Of a stretch of 64,000 nucleotides of DNA, positions 9,301 to 19,824 are shown piece by piece. Both the position numbers and the translations under genes were made by a program. Every line of letters starts with the position of its first letter. Within the stretch, counting starts at the first letter, position 1. The stretch is from Nitrospirota bacterium. GTDB taxonomy: Bacteria > Nitrospirota > UBA9217. Location: positions 1,536,001 to 1,600,000 of the forward strand of contig CAVVUN010000015.1 in assembly GCA_963751455.1 (NCBI GenBank), given 5' to 3'. Under the pieces are notes generated by a model. It made no database searches. It was not told where the DNA came from and saw nothing but the letters and a program-made list of their open reading frames with translations.

Positions 9301-11715
9301 ATGGCAGACAAAAAAAGACCGCGTGGCAAAAAGAACGGGAAGGCAGATCGATCCTTAAAGATGACTGCACCCGCAATACGGCCTGTAAAACCGCGCAAAC
9401 AGGCATCGCATGGGGACCAAAAAAGTGCCGAGGCTAAACTGCGGGAAAGCGAAGACAAGTTCCGGTCTATATTTGAAGAGGTGATCGACGGGATCATGAT
9501 GGCCGACGCGGAGACCAACAGGCAGATTGAGGCAAATAAAGCCATGTGCACCATGCTCGGCTATACCCATGACGAGATTGTCGGCCTGACTATGGATGAT
9601 ATTCACCCGAAAGAGCATCTGCCCGCCATCCGTCGTCTCTTTGATAAACAGCTGCGCGGCGAGATCTCTCTCGCGCCTGAGGTCCCGATGTTGAGAAAGG
9701 ACTGCTCCGTTTTTTACGCGGACATCAATGCCACCCGGGTGACATTAGGCGGAAAGCAGTGCCTCGTCGGCATCTTTCGCGATATCACAGAGCGCAAACG
9801 AGCCGATGCCGCATTGCGAGAGCGAGAGAAGCAGCTTGCCGAGTCCCAGCGCATCGCGCACATCGGATCCTGGGAGCACAACCTGGCAACCGGCAAAGTA
9901 GTCTGGTCCGACGAGCTGTTCCGCCTGCTCGGGCTTGACCCGGGGAAGGACCCGGCTGACTTCAAGATGTTCTTCGACGGTATCCATCCCGACGACCGGC
10001 CTGCCCTGAAAAAGGCGATCGAAGAGACCGTGGAGACCGGCAAGCATTTCAGCATCGACTACCGGTTCAACCTGCGTGACGGAAGAATCAGGATACTGCA
10101 CGCCCAGGCGGAGCTCATACCTGACGCTTCCGGTAACCGGGTGATCTTGAGCGGAACCGGGCAGGACATCACCGAACAAAAGCTGGCCGAGGAGAAGATC
10201 CGCAAGAATGAGGAGTTTATACGAAGCATTCTCGACACCGTTGACGAGGGCTTCATCGTCATTGACCGGGATTACCGCATCCTGACAACCAACAAGGCCT
10301 ACTGCGCCCAGGTAGGCCTGACCTGTGATGAGGTCATCGGCAAGCACTGCTTCGAGGTATCGCACAAGATCAACCGCCCCTGCTACGAAGAGGGCGAAGA
10401 GTGCTCTGTCCGTGGTGTCTTTGCGACCGGGGAGCCGTACGGGGTATTGCATAAGCATGAGGGTCGCGACGGGCACATTCTCTTCGTGGAAACAAAAGGA
10501 TTTCCCATCAAAGACGCATCAGGAAACATCATCTCCGTGATCGAGACCATCAACAATATCACGGAAAAGCATCTCCTTGAAGAAGAACGGCTCAAGACGC
10601 AGAAACTAGAATCGATCGGCACCCTTGCAGGCGGTATTGCCCATGACTTCAATAATCTTTTACAAGGCATTTTCGGGTATATCTCGATGGCCAAAATGAC
10701 CATCAACGCGCAAGAAAAGTCACTGGCTATGCTCCAACAAGCCGAGAAGGCCCTTCATCAGTCGGTCCATCTCACGACCCAGCTCTTGACCTTTTCCAAA
10801 GGCGGCAAGCCGGTAAAGAAATTGATCGACCTGAGACCGGTAATCGAGAACTCTGCAAGATTTACGTTGAGCGGCTCCCGCTCCGATTTCCGCCTGAACA
10901 TTCCGGAGGACCTGTGGCAGGCTGAGGTCGATGAGGGCCAGCTGGGGCAGGTCATCCAGAACATCGTGCTGAACGCGGACCAGGCAATGCCGGTCGGCGG
11001 CACAATCATAATCAGCGCAGCAAACAGGGCGGAGGGCGATGCAGCGTTGCCCCTTGGACTTGCAAAGGGGAACTATATCCTGATAGCGATCCAGGACACC
11101 GGTGTCGGTATACCGGAACAGTATTTGGGCAAGATCTTCGACCCCTATTTCACGACAAAAGAAAAGGGAAGCGGTCTTGGGCTGGCTACCTCATATTCGA
11201 TTGTCAGAAATCACGGCGGCTTGATCGATGTCAATACGAAATCGGGCGAAGGCTGCACGTTTATGATCTATCTTTCTGCAATCGCCGGGTGCGGCCGGAT
11301 AGAAGCACCAGTGAAGCCGCAAGAGCTTTCCGCGAGGCGCAGAGCAAGGATCCTGGTAATGGATGATGAGGAGCTTGTCAGGGATCTGGGCAGGGAACTG
11401 CTTGGCATGCTGGGCCATGACGTGGAGATCGCTAAACACGGACAGGAGGCTCTGGAAAAATATAAGGATGCGATGGCAGAGGGGCGACCCTTTGACCTCG
11501 TTATCCTGGACCTCACCGTACGGGGAGGCATGGGAGGATCTGAGACGATACAAAAGCTTGTCAAGATCGATCCTGCAGTCAAGGCGATGGTTACGAGCGG
11601 GTATTCCGATGATGCCATAATAGCGAATCATCTGGAGCACGGCTTTAAGGCGTATCTCAAGAAACCATATGATATAGATGAATTGGGCGATATTGTGAAT
11701 TCTCTGTTATCATGA
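9301..11715 (+). CDS. Cytoplasmic hybrid sensor histidine kinase (3 PAS, HisKA, HATPase, REC)
   Basis: GIAHDFNNLL H-box, GSGLGLA G-box, ILVMDDE..LDL..SGYS..KPY receiver domain. Confidence 0.95.
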   Translation: MADKKRPRGKKNGKADRSLKMTAPAIRPVKPRKQASHGDQKSAEAKLRESEDKFRSIFEEVIDGIMMADAETNRQIEANKAMCTMLGYTHDEIVGLTMDDIHPKEHLPAIRRLFDKQLRGEISLAPEVPMLRKDCSVFYADINATRVTLGGKQCLVGIFRDITERKRADAALREREKQLAESQRIAHIGSWEHNLATGKVVWSDELFRLLGLDPGKDPADFKMFFDGIHPDDRPALKKAIEETVETGKHFSIDYRFNLRDGRIRILHAQAELIPDASGNRVILSGTGQDITEQKLAEEKIRKNEEFIRSILDTVDEGFIVIDRDYRILTTNKAYCAQVGLTCDEVIGKHCFEVSHKINRPCYEEGEECSVRGVFATGEPYGVLHKHEGRDGHILFVETKGFPIKDASGNIISVIETINNITEKHLLEEERLKTQKLESIGTLAGGIAHDFNNLLQGIFGYISMAKMTINAQEKSLAMLQQAEKALHQSVHLTTQLLTFSKGGKPVKKLIDLRPVIENSARFTLSGSRSDFRLNIPEDLWQAEVDEGQLGQVIQNIVLNADQAMPVGGTIIISAANRAEGDAALPLGLAKGNYILIAIQDTGVGIPEQYLGKIFDPYFTTKEKGSGLGLATSYSIVRNHGGLIDVNTKSGEGCTFMIYLSAIAGCGRIEAPVKPQELSARRRARILVMDDEELVRDLGRELLGMLGHDVEIAKHGQEALEKYKDAMAEGRPFDLVILDLTVRGGMGGSETIQKLVKIDPAVKAMVTSGYSDDAIIANHLEHGFKAYLKKPYDIDELGDIVNSLLS

Positions 11716-12187
11716 CCCGACGGCGGGAAGGAATAACGGAAACGAACGCTCACGTTCACTTAAATTGATTTAGAATCTTCATACGGCAGATGCTTTAAAT
11801 GACCATGGAAGGTTCGGCAAAAGAAAACATGACTGGAGATCTGTTCAGTTCAGCCGGTCCTTACCATCCCGCTCACCATGCGTAACGCTCATCATTACGG
11901 TTCCTGCAGTTCATTTTGTTTGATCGCTAGCCATCTACTTTTTATCCCGATAATGTCGTTCGAAACGATGCAGACCCGCAAGTCGGCTATTTGCAACATA
12001 ATGAAGTATTCTGCATGCATTTTCATGAAATTGCAGAAACAGTTCTTTTTTCGTTTGACAATACGACATTAGTTTGATACTTATCCGTATAGAGTGATTA
12101 CAGGGTTTCATAGTCTTTAAACTCAACATCGGCGGGAAGAAGCCGGGTCATTATGAATGAAAATATCCACATTGAATGAGGAGGCGT

Positions 12188-13540
12188 ATGAAAAAGAACC
12201 AATCGCGGCTTTGGGCAATTATGGCATCTTTCGCACTACTCGTAGTTATGTCCTGCAGCAGCAGCGGAGACGGCGGCGGCAGCCAGCAGATAACGGAAAA
12301 AGAGGCAGTCGGAACCTTGGACGAGACCTTCGGAAATCACGGGTTTGTGGTTACCGATATCGCCAATGTCGAAATCAAGGGCATGGTCATTCAGGCGGAT
12401 GGCAAGACTGTGGTCGTAGGCAGAACCAATTCGACTTCAACGAATTATGCTTTCATCGCTGTTCGTTACGACACAAACGGTAATCTCGATACCACGTTCG
12501 GTTCATCATTGAGCGGAATTGCCACAGCGTCCAGCGGAACGAGGTACCACTACGCCAAGGCGGCAGCTATACAGTCGGACGGCAAAATTCTGGTCGCCGG
12601 GTACTCGAGTGCCGGGTATTCTAATGATGCCAATGATTTCACCGTTGCGCGATTCAATACAAACGGGACGCTCGATACATCATTCGGACCTAATAACGAA
12701 GGCATAATAACAACACCTACAAGCACACTTGCCGATTATGCCTATGCAATAGCCGTTCAGCCGGACGGGAAAATCGTCGTCGGGGGTTTTTGCGACACGA
12801 ATGCCACGATGTCTTCGAATTACGATTACGTTCTTGTCCGGTATAACAGCAACGGCACCCTGGATAGTACATTCGGCCCAAACCACGATGGCATCGTCGT
12901 CACTTCGAATGGCAGCAATTACGAATACGGATATGCTCTTGCGATACAGCCGGACGGAAAAATCCTGCTGGCCGGAAGCGAAGTGCTTCGTTACAATTCC
13001 GACGGCACCCTGGACACGAATACCGACGCGGACCCCTCCACATGGTTCGGGTCCTTGAAAGGCGGAATCGCTGACCCCAGTCTGGGGGGAAATGCGAATG
13101 CTATTGCGGTCCAGAACGACGGAAAGATCGTGCTCGCGAGCTCGGCATATGTGGGCACGAACAATTACGATATTGTTGTTGCGCGCCTCAATACGGATGG
13201 CACAATGGATACGTCCTTCGGGACCGGCTACGGCCAGGTTAAAACAGCGGTATCTTCTTCTTACGACTACGCCACCGACATAGTAATTCAATCGAATGGA
13301 AGGATAGTGGTAGGAGGGTATTCAATAATAGCCACGGCCCTTAACGGAGATTACGGCGTTCTTCTCCGGTACAATGACGACGGCACCCTCGATACTTCGT
13401 TCAACGACGATGGGTTAATGCTTGTCGGCGGCACAGCGTGGAACGAGCATATGTTCGGCGTTGGAATCCAGCAGGACGGAAAGATTGTGCTGGCAGGCGA
13501 ACGGGATGGGGATGCAGTTTTTGTAGCGAGAATTGAATAA
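12188..13540 (+). CDS. Delta-60 repeat (DUF5122) beta-propeller lipoprotein
   Basis: Lipobox VMSC; repeats AIQxDGKI(L/V)VxG...RYNxDGTLDTxFG; SD GAGGAGG. Confidence 0.9.
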   Translation: MKKNQSRLWAIMASFALLVVMSCSSSGDGGGSQQITEKEAVGTLDETFGNHGFVVTDIANVEIKGMVIQADGKTVVVGRTNSTSTNYAFIAVRYDTNGNLDTTFGSSLSGIATASSGTRYHYAKAAAIQSDGKILVAGYSSAGYSNDANDFTVARFNTNGTLDTSFGPNNEGIITTPTSTLADYAYAIAVQPDGKIVVGGFCDTNATMSSNYDYVLVRYNSNGTLDSTFGPNHDGIVVTSNGSNYEYGYALAIQPDGKILLAGSEVLRYNSDGTLDTNTDADPSTWFGSLKGGIADPSLGGNANAIAVQNDGKIVLASSAYVGTNNYDIVVARLNTDGTMDTSFGTGYGQVKTAVSSSYDYATDIVIQSNGRIVVGGYSIIATALNGDYGVLLRYNDDGTLDTSFNDDGLMLVGGTAWNEHMFGVGIQQDGKIVLAGERDGDAVFVARIE

Positions 13541-13583
13541 ACATTCTTTCGACAAAATCATTATTCCGGGTCATGGTCATATT

Positions 13584-13717
13584 TGATGCATTCGTAAGAA
13601 GTCAGAAAACACCCAATTTCGTCATACCGGCGAACGCCGGTATCAGTCTTTTCAATAAGTTCGATAACCACTGGACCCCGGTTTTCACCGGGGAGACGAC
13701 TTTTTACGAGATCATCA
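13584..13717. mobile_element. 134-bp MITE-like element with TIRs and internal REP hairpins
   Basis: TIRs TGATGCATTCGTAAGAAGTC / GACTTTTTACGAGATCATCA, TATT on both flanks, internal GTCATACCGGCGAACGCCGGTATC and CTGGACCCCGGTTTTCACCGGGGAGAC. Confidence 0.75.
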
Positions 13718-13751
13718 TATTTGACATAACGCAAAACGTCAAGGGAGGATT

Positions 13752-14724
13752 ATGAGAAAGATCAGCCTGGAGATTGTTATTTCACTATCGTTTATTGCAG
13801 CCATGTTGCTTTCAGCCTGCGGTGGAAGCGGAGGCAGCGGTGGCGGCGCAGCAGCCGTAACATGGAAATCAGTGGCAATAGGATCTTCCCATACCGCAGC
13901 GATTGACAGCAACGGCAACCTGTGGACATGGGGGCTCAATATATACGGCCAACTCGGCGACGGGACTAATAACCAGAATAACACGCCTGCCAAAGCAGGC
14001 TCTGCCGCCGATTGGAAGACAATTGCGGCGTCCGGCGATAATGTCGCGATAAAAACGGATGGTACCTTGTGGGCATAGGGAATACTCAGGACAAGACCAT
14101 GCCGGGACTGCTGCTGACTGGAAAAGCGGAGCAATCACTGACCAAAATTCGTTTGCAATAAAGACTGATGGCACCCTCTGGGCATGGGGGGATAATTATT
14201 ATTATCAGCTCGGCATCGGCGATGACTGGAACGACAAATGGTCGCCGACTCAGGTAGGGACGGACACCGATTGGAAGGCGGTGTCGGCACGCTACCGTCA
14301 CGTTCTTGCCATAAAGACGGACGGTACGCTTTATACCTGGGGGGACAATGAGTACGGCCAGCTCGGGAACGGGGACAGCGGCAAATATAAGCAAGTAAAG
14401 GCCCCTGCCCGAATCGGCACAGATAGTGACTGGGCATCCGTATACGCCGGAAGCTACCATTCGTTCGCGTTGAAGACTGATGACACACTCTGGGCGTGGG
14501 GGTTAAACGGGGGCACGCTCGGAGACGGAACCACCGATCTCAAAAGTACGCCGACGATGATCGGCGCGGATACCGACTGGGCGTTCATCGCCACTCAGCA
14601 TGATATTACGTTCGCAATAAAAAATGACGGTTCGCTCTGGGCATGGGGGGAGAACATGTGGGGCCAGATCGGCGACGGAACCACGGACGACAAACTGATG
14701 CCGACCAGAATATCTGTCGAGTAA
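13752..14724 (+). pseudogene. RCC1-repeat lipoprotein, split by a nonsense codon and an apparent deletion
   Basis: Lipobox LSAC; repeats [20 protein letters not shown]; the second repeat reads DGTLWA-TAG (14076-14078) and resumes in another frame. Confidence 0.8.
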
Positions 14725-15160
14725 TTGTGATCCCATGAGGATCAAGGTTCGCAACAGGGGCTGTCTCTGCGCGGGCAATCACGTGCTGCGCCTGAGACGC
14801 CCCTGAAACTTCCTTAAGGGCACTGTCAATTTGAACGGTTTCTGTTTTTTAATTCTAGTTTTAGTTAATATCGAATCAACTTTCACTTCAGTTATCGTAA
14901 TTATCACCCGCGGTTTCATTTCGTTTCAGAGGCAAACCATCTTTAATCCCTGATAATGCCCCCGGGACAATGACTTCATCTTCTCCTTCGGCTCGAGGTT
15001 CCATATCCCCGTTGAGCCCACTCGCACCATCCAGGGAACTACGGTTTCTTCGGGTTTTCACTCGGTTAAATTCCCAACCAAAGAACGGTTATTTTACCGG
15101 TAAGTCATGGGCTGCGAGCTCAATAGTTTTTCAATCGCTTGATTTATCATGAAGTTTGGA

Positions 15161-15177
15161 TTGGCATAGCGGTTGCA
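15161..15177 (+). promoter_or_regulatory. Sigma54 (-24/-12) promoter
   Basis: TTGGCATAGCGGTTGCA, exact GG-N10-GC spacing, upstream of ORF 15302. Confidence 0.7.
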
Positions 15178-15301
15178 AATATTTGCAAATAACGGCGATC
15201 CGGGGAAGCGGATAAATGACAAGGAACGTGGAGAGGTGATCTTAAAGTATATGCGGGAAGGGGTTAAATTGTTCTGATAGCCAAATCAGGAGGAAGAACC
15301 C

Positions 15302-15562
15302 ATGGTGAGCAAAATTGGATTGAGGCGTCCTTGCAGCAGAGCTTCTCAGAGGTTTGACCTGCCGAGTATTCCCATACGGCTGCCTCGTCTGTGGATGATC
15401 CTGCTGGTCCTTGCCGTCCCTTTTATTGGTATATGCGCTATTTTTTTTGAAACATTAGAAAGATCGGGAACAGCCGGAGCCATTATAGCGGACACGCTGA
15501 TGCCCGCAACATTCATCGGTTATATGGTGTTACTCTACCGGTTAAAACAGCATAGAATATAA
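15302..15562 (+). CDS. Small 2-TM hypothetical membrane protein
   Basis: SD AGGAGG; two hydrophobic segments. Confidence 0.6.
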   Translation: MVSKIGLRRPCSRASQRFDLPSIPIRLPRLWMILLVLAVPFIGICAIFFETLERSGTAGAIIADTLMPATFIGYMVLLYRLKQHRI

Positions 15563-15685
15563 TGTTATTTTTTGTGCATGATTCAACTAGACATTCGTGA
15601 ATAAATGAGAGCTGAAAACGGGCTTGCATGTTCTTACAAAAAACAGTAATATCTATTCCGTCATATTTACACACTAAGGAGATTG

Positions 15686-16042
15686 ATGATGAAACGGTCT
15701 AAATTGGTTTTTGCAGTATGTGTTGTGGTTTTAGTCAGCGCCAGTGGCTGTAAGAAAGAAGCCCCCGCACCTGCGTCTCAGGCACAGCCCGCAGCTGCAA
15801 ACATGGCAGCACAGCCTGGAATCGCTCTTTCCGGTAAAGTAGCGGAAACAATGAATGCCGGCGGCTATACCTATATTTCCCTTGAGTATAGCGGGAAGAA
15901 GACCTGGGTCGCCATACCCGCTACGAAGGTGAAGGTGGGACAGCAGGTGACCTGTCAGCCCGGCTCGGAGATGGTAAATTTCACAAGCAAGACTTTGAAT
16001 CGTACGTTCGAAAGCATCATCTTCTCCGCTGGTATCCGCTGA
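15686..16042 (+). CDS. Lipoprotein with OB-fold-like (NrfJ-related) domain
   Basis: Lipobox ASGC; GKVAETMNAGGYTY..KTWVA..F.SKTLNRTFESIIF motif. Confidence 0.75.
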   Translation: MMKRSKLVFAVCVVVLVSASGCKKEAPAPASQAQPAAANMAAQPGIALSGKVAETMNAGGYTYISLEYSGKKTWVAIPATKVKVGQQVTCQPGSEMVNFTSKTLNRTFESIIFSAGIR

Positions 16043-16069
16043 TACCGGGCACCCGGGACATTACAAGCC

Positions 16070-16103
16070 AAGGCCGCTGAGTTGATCAGCGGCCTTTTTA
16101 TTT
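16070..16103 (+). terminator. Intrinsic terminator
   Basis: AAGGCCGCTGA-GTTGA-TCAGCGGCCTT followed by a T-rich run. Confidence 0.85.
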
Positions 16104-16436
16104 AAAAACCTGACTTTTTTCTTTTCTATCCGATATTCTTACTGATGAAAAGAAAGTTGCGGCGGTTTTATTCACGAACGAACATCCTTTTCGGTAGCTT
16201 CAGCATGGTGGTGTGAGCGAACCCGTGCCTTGAACGTTATAAAGCACCCCGAATAGACAAATTGAGATTCATTAAACAAGCCAGCTTCAAAAGCCGCCAT
16301 TTTTTTCGGCTTTAAAAGCAAAGGTTCCTGCGTCCGGCAAGCCAGCGTTTTATCGCGATAAAATCCCTTGACAGGATTCCCGGAAAAAAGCAAAAATAGG
16401 CTAAGAGTATCGGCAATACCTTGCCTACAAGGGCGC

Positions 16437-17729
16437 ATGACGAACGGCAATCAATTACCGAAGAATACAATATCATCAGGTGTCGAAAGTCTGGACACCC
16501 TTATCGACGGTTTTTCCATTGGGGACAATGTAGTCTGGGAAGTCGAATCCGGAACCGCCTACAGCACGTTCACCAGGAACTTCATTTCCCGGTCTTTCCA
16601 GGACGATCAAAAGGTCATTTACGTGAGTTTCAACCGGTCGCCGCAGACCGTGTTGAACGATCTGAACGCGATCATATCCCCCGATCACTTCACGCTGATT
16701 GATTGTTTCACTTCCGGGAAGGGGAAAAACGACAACACCTTTCTGAAATTTTACGAAAAAGCGGACGCGGGCGTCGTCAGGATAGAGGCTCCGCGCGACA
16801 TAGAACGGTTTACCTCGACCTTGAACGCAATCGAGGACCGGCTGCCGCCGGGCGCGCGCTACGTGTTTGACAGCCTTACCGGTATGCAGGACCTCTGGGG
16901 CGACGAAAACGATACACACCGGTTCTTTACCTATATGTGCCCGCGTCTCTACGATCTCGGCACCGTGGCCTACTGGATCCTCGAGAAAGAGGCGCACAGT
17001 CCGCGGTTCAAGGCGAACCTGCGGCACATTACGCAGGTCGTGTTCGATCTCGCAAAGCGCAAGAACAGCCTGTTCCTGAAGGCCCTGAAGCTGGAAGGAA
17101 GACAGGACCGGGAACTGTTCAAACCGCATCAATTCCACATCCGCGGCGACACTGTGGCGATTACTTCGCTCAAGCGCGAGCCGGCAACGGACATCGGCGA
17201 AAAACTGCGGGAGGAGCGGATCAGGGTCGGCATGAGCCAGAAAGAGCTTGCGGATAAGGTAGGTTTGACCGCAAGCTTTCTGTCGCAACTCGAAAACAAC
17301 CAGGTCAGTCCTTCCCTGAATACGTATATGCAGCTCTGCAGGGCGCTTGGCATCAACCCCGGGCACTTTCTCGGACCGATTGAGAAAAAGAACGAAACCA
17401 CGTGGCTGGTGCGAAGGGATGCCATATTTTCGAGAGTTCCGATCAAGGAGGACTACGCAAGGGTCTATGAAGCCGCATCCGGCAGAAAACTTGCGGCAAG
17501 GCTCGTTGTTCTGCCCGTAGGCGCTGCCATGAACCGGCACTTTTTTTATCATAAGGACGAAGAGTTTGTTTGCGTGCTTAACGGCACAGTATCAGTCACG
17601 GTCGAGGGCAGGGAAGAGATGGTCAAGGCAGGAGACATGCTCCATTTGCGCGATTCTTTTCCATCGCATTGGAAGAATGAAGGAGATAGGGAGGCTGAAT
17701 TACTTGTGCTATGGTCTGAAACTCTCTAA
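16437..17729 (+). CDS. Transcriptional regulator: degenerate RAD55/KaiC-like domain + XRE HTH + cupin
   Basis: SSGVESLDTLIDG..VFDSL; MSQKELADKVGLTASFLSQLENNQVSPSL; HKDEEFVCVLNG cupin. Confidence 0.88.
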   Translation: MTNGNQLPKNTISSGVESLDTLIDGFSIGDNVVWEVESGTAYSTFTRNFISRSFQDDQKVIYVSFNRSPQTVLNDLNAIISPDHFTLIDCFTSGKGKNDNTFLKFYEKADAGVVRIEAPRDIERFTSTLNAIEDRLPPGARYVFDSLTGMQDLWGDENDTHRFFTYMCPRLYDLGTVAYWILEKEAHSPRFKANLRHITQVVFDLAKRKNSLFLKALKLEGRQDRELFKPHQFHIRGDTVAITSLKREPATDIGEKLREERIRVGMSQKELADKVGLTASFLSQLENNQVSPSLNTYMQLCRALGINPGHFLGPIEKKNETTWLVRRDAIFSRVPIKEDYARVYEAASGRKLAARLVVLPVGAAMNRHFFYHKDEEFVCVLNGTVSVTVEGREEMVKAGDMLHLRDSFPSHWKNEGDREAELLVLWSETL

Positions 17730-18076
17730 TTAGTAAATTTTACAGGCGAAAATTTTTTATGTTCTTTATCAAGTATTGCTTAATTTAATTATTAAAAATT
17801 AATAAATACTAAGTCTTTATTTGGATCGAAGGGAATGTGGGCCTTCATCATCAGGACGCAGTTTTTAGAATTCCTTTCTATGACAAGAAGAAGGAGGTGG
17901 TTAAAGCTAGCTGCTTGTTCACTGGAAGGTTTTATTAATGTGGATTGCCTGGCTTTTTTTTGCCTTCCCTGTCAAGTAACGCTTAATTTATCTCAAAAAA
18001 CTTAATAGTAGCTAATGTATTTTAGTAATGATATTGACCCATCGCCAGGCAAAAACTAATTTAAAAGGAGAGAACC

Positions 18077-19669
18077 ATGAATCTGTCACAACCAAATGCC
18101 AATGAAGCGACCAGAACAGTCAATCGATCCAGAAGTGTTTCGCCCATGAGCGGGCTATGCACCCGCTGCGTGGACGGATGCAAGGGCAGCTGCGAGGTTT
18201 TTAAAGCGACGTACCGGGGACGGGAGTTGCTTTATCCGGGGCCTTTCGGAAGCATCACTGCCGGCGGCGACAAGAACTACCCGGTCGATTATTCTCACCT
18301 CAACATTCACGGATACGCGCTCGGCGCAAAGGGACTTCCTTCCGGTCAGAAAGGGGACCCCGACACTGCCCGCTTCCCGAATGTCAACACCGAGACAAGC
18401 TACGGCTGGGATAAAAAAGTGAAGATGAGGGTTCCGATCTTCACCGGGGCGCTCGGATCCACGGAGATCGCCCGCAAGAACTGGGAACACTTTGCCGTGG
18501 GCGCGGCGATATCAGGCGTCACGATCGTATGCGGTGAAAACGTGTGCGGCATCGATCCGGGACTCGAATTGAACAGCAGCAAAAAAGTGAAGAAGTCGCC
18601 CGACATGGACCGCAGGATCGAGACCTATAAAAAGTACCATCAGGGTTTCGGCGAACTCCTGGTGCAGATGAATGTCGAGGACACCCGGCTGGGCGTCGCG
18701 GAATATATCATTGAAAAGCACAAGCTCGAAACCATAGAGCTGAAGTGGGGCCAGGGCGCCAAGTGCATCGGCGGAGAGATCAAGGTGGACAGTCTGGAGC
18801 GCGCTCTTGAACTGCAGAAACGGGGCTATATCGTTACGCCCGACCCCTCTGATCCCGTGGTGCAGGCTGCTTTTAAAGAGACGGCGATCAAGGAATTTGA
18901 ACGTCACAGCCGCCTCGGGTTCATCGGCGAGCAGGAGTTTTACGCCGAGGTTAACCGGCTGCGGGGCCTGGGCTTCAAGCGTGTCACGCTAAAAACCGGC
19001 GCATACGGCCTGCGCGAGCTCGCCATGGCTATCAAGTGGTGCTCGAAGGCCAAGATCGACCTGTTGACCATCGACGGCGCACCGGGAGGCACAGGCATGA
19101 GCCCCTGGCGCATGATGGAAGAATGGGGCATGCCCTCCCTGTATCTCCATGCCGCAGCGGCTGAGTTCGCAAAGAAGCTGACAGATAAGGGAGAACGTGT
19201 TCCGGACATCGCTTTTGCCGGCGGCTTCAGCAGCGAGGACGGCATATTCAAGGCCCTGTCGCTTGGAGCGCCGTTCGTGAAGGCCATTTGCATGGGCCGC
19301 GCACTGATGATCCCGGGCATGGTCGGCAAGAACATCGCCCAGTGGATAAAGGAGAAGGACATTCCGAAGTCGGTAAGCGAGTATGGTTCCACGGTGGAAG
19401 AGATATTCGTAAACTACGAGGACGTGAAAAAGCTGGTCGGGAGCAAGGAGATCGCCAACATTCCGCTCGGCGCAATCGGCATTTACAGCTACTCAAACAA
19501 GATCAAAGTGGGACTGCAGCAGTTCATGGCGGGCGCCCGTTGCTTCAATCTCGATTCTATTACGAGGAACGAGCTGATGTCCCTCACCGAGGAATGCGCG
19601 AAGGTCACCGGCATACCGTACATCATGAATTCCTATCGCGATGAGGCGATGAAGATAATAAATTCCTGA
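18077..19669 (+). CDS. FMN-binding glutamate synthase family protein (stand-alone)
   Basis: IELKWGQGAKCIGGE, DGAPGGTG, AGGF, MGRA; N-terminal CTRCVDGCKGSC; SD AAGGAG. Confidence 0.9.
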   Translation: MNLSQPNANEATRTVNRSRSVSPMSGLCTRCVDGCKGSCEVFKATYRGRELLYPGPFGSITAGGDKNYPVDYSHLNIHGYALGAKGLPSGQKGDPDTARFPNVNTETSYGWDKKVKMRVPIFTGALGSTEIARKNWEHFAVGAAISGVTIVCGENVCGIDPGLELNSSKKVKKSPDMDRRIETYKKYHQGFGELLVQMNVEDTRLGVAEYIIEKHKLETIELKWGQGAKCIGGEIKVDSLERALELQKRGYIVTPDPSDPVVQAAFKETAIKEFERHSRLGFIGEQEFYAEVNRLRGLGFKRVTLKTGAYGLRELAMAIKWCSKAKIDLLTIDGAPGGTGMSPWRMMEEWGMPSLYLHAAAAEFAKKLTDKGERVPDIAFAGGFSSEDGIFKALSLGAPFVKAICMGRALMIPGMVGKNIAQWIKEKDIPKSVSEYGSTVEEIFVNYEDVKKLVGSKEIANIPLGAIGIYSYSNKIKVGLQQFMAGARCFNLDSITRNELMSLTEECAKVTGIPYIMNSYRDEAMKIINS

Positions 19670-19824
19670 TCAGAGCGAAGCAATCTCGAAGTTCCAAACT
19701 TGCAGAAAAAGGGAATTGAGCTTCGCGCAATGATGGCAGCGGAGACTTTTGCGAGAACTTCAAAATTGGCATGCACCCGTTCCGTCGGTTCAGCGGCGGA
19801 ACGGGTCATTTCCCGGGAGAGAAA

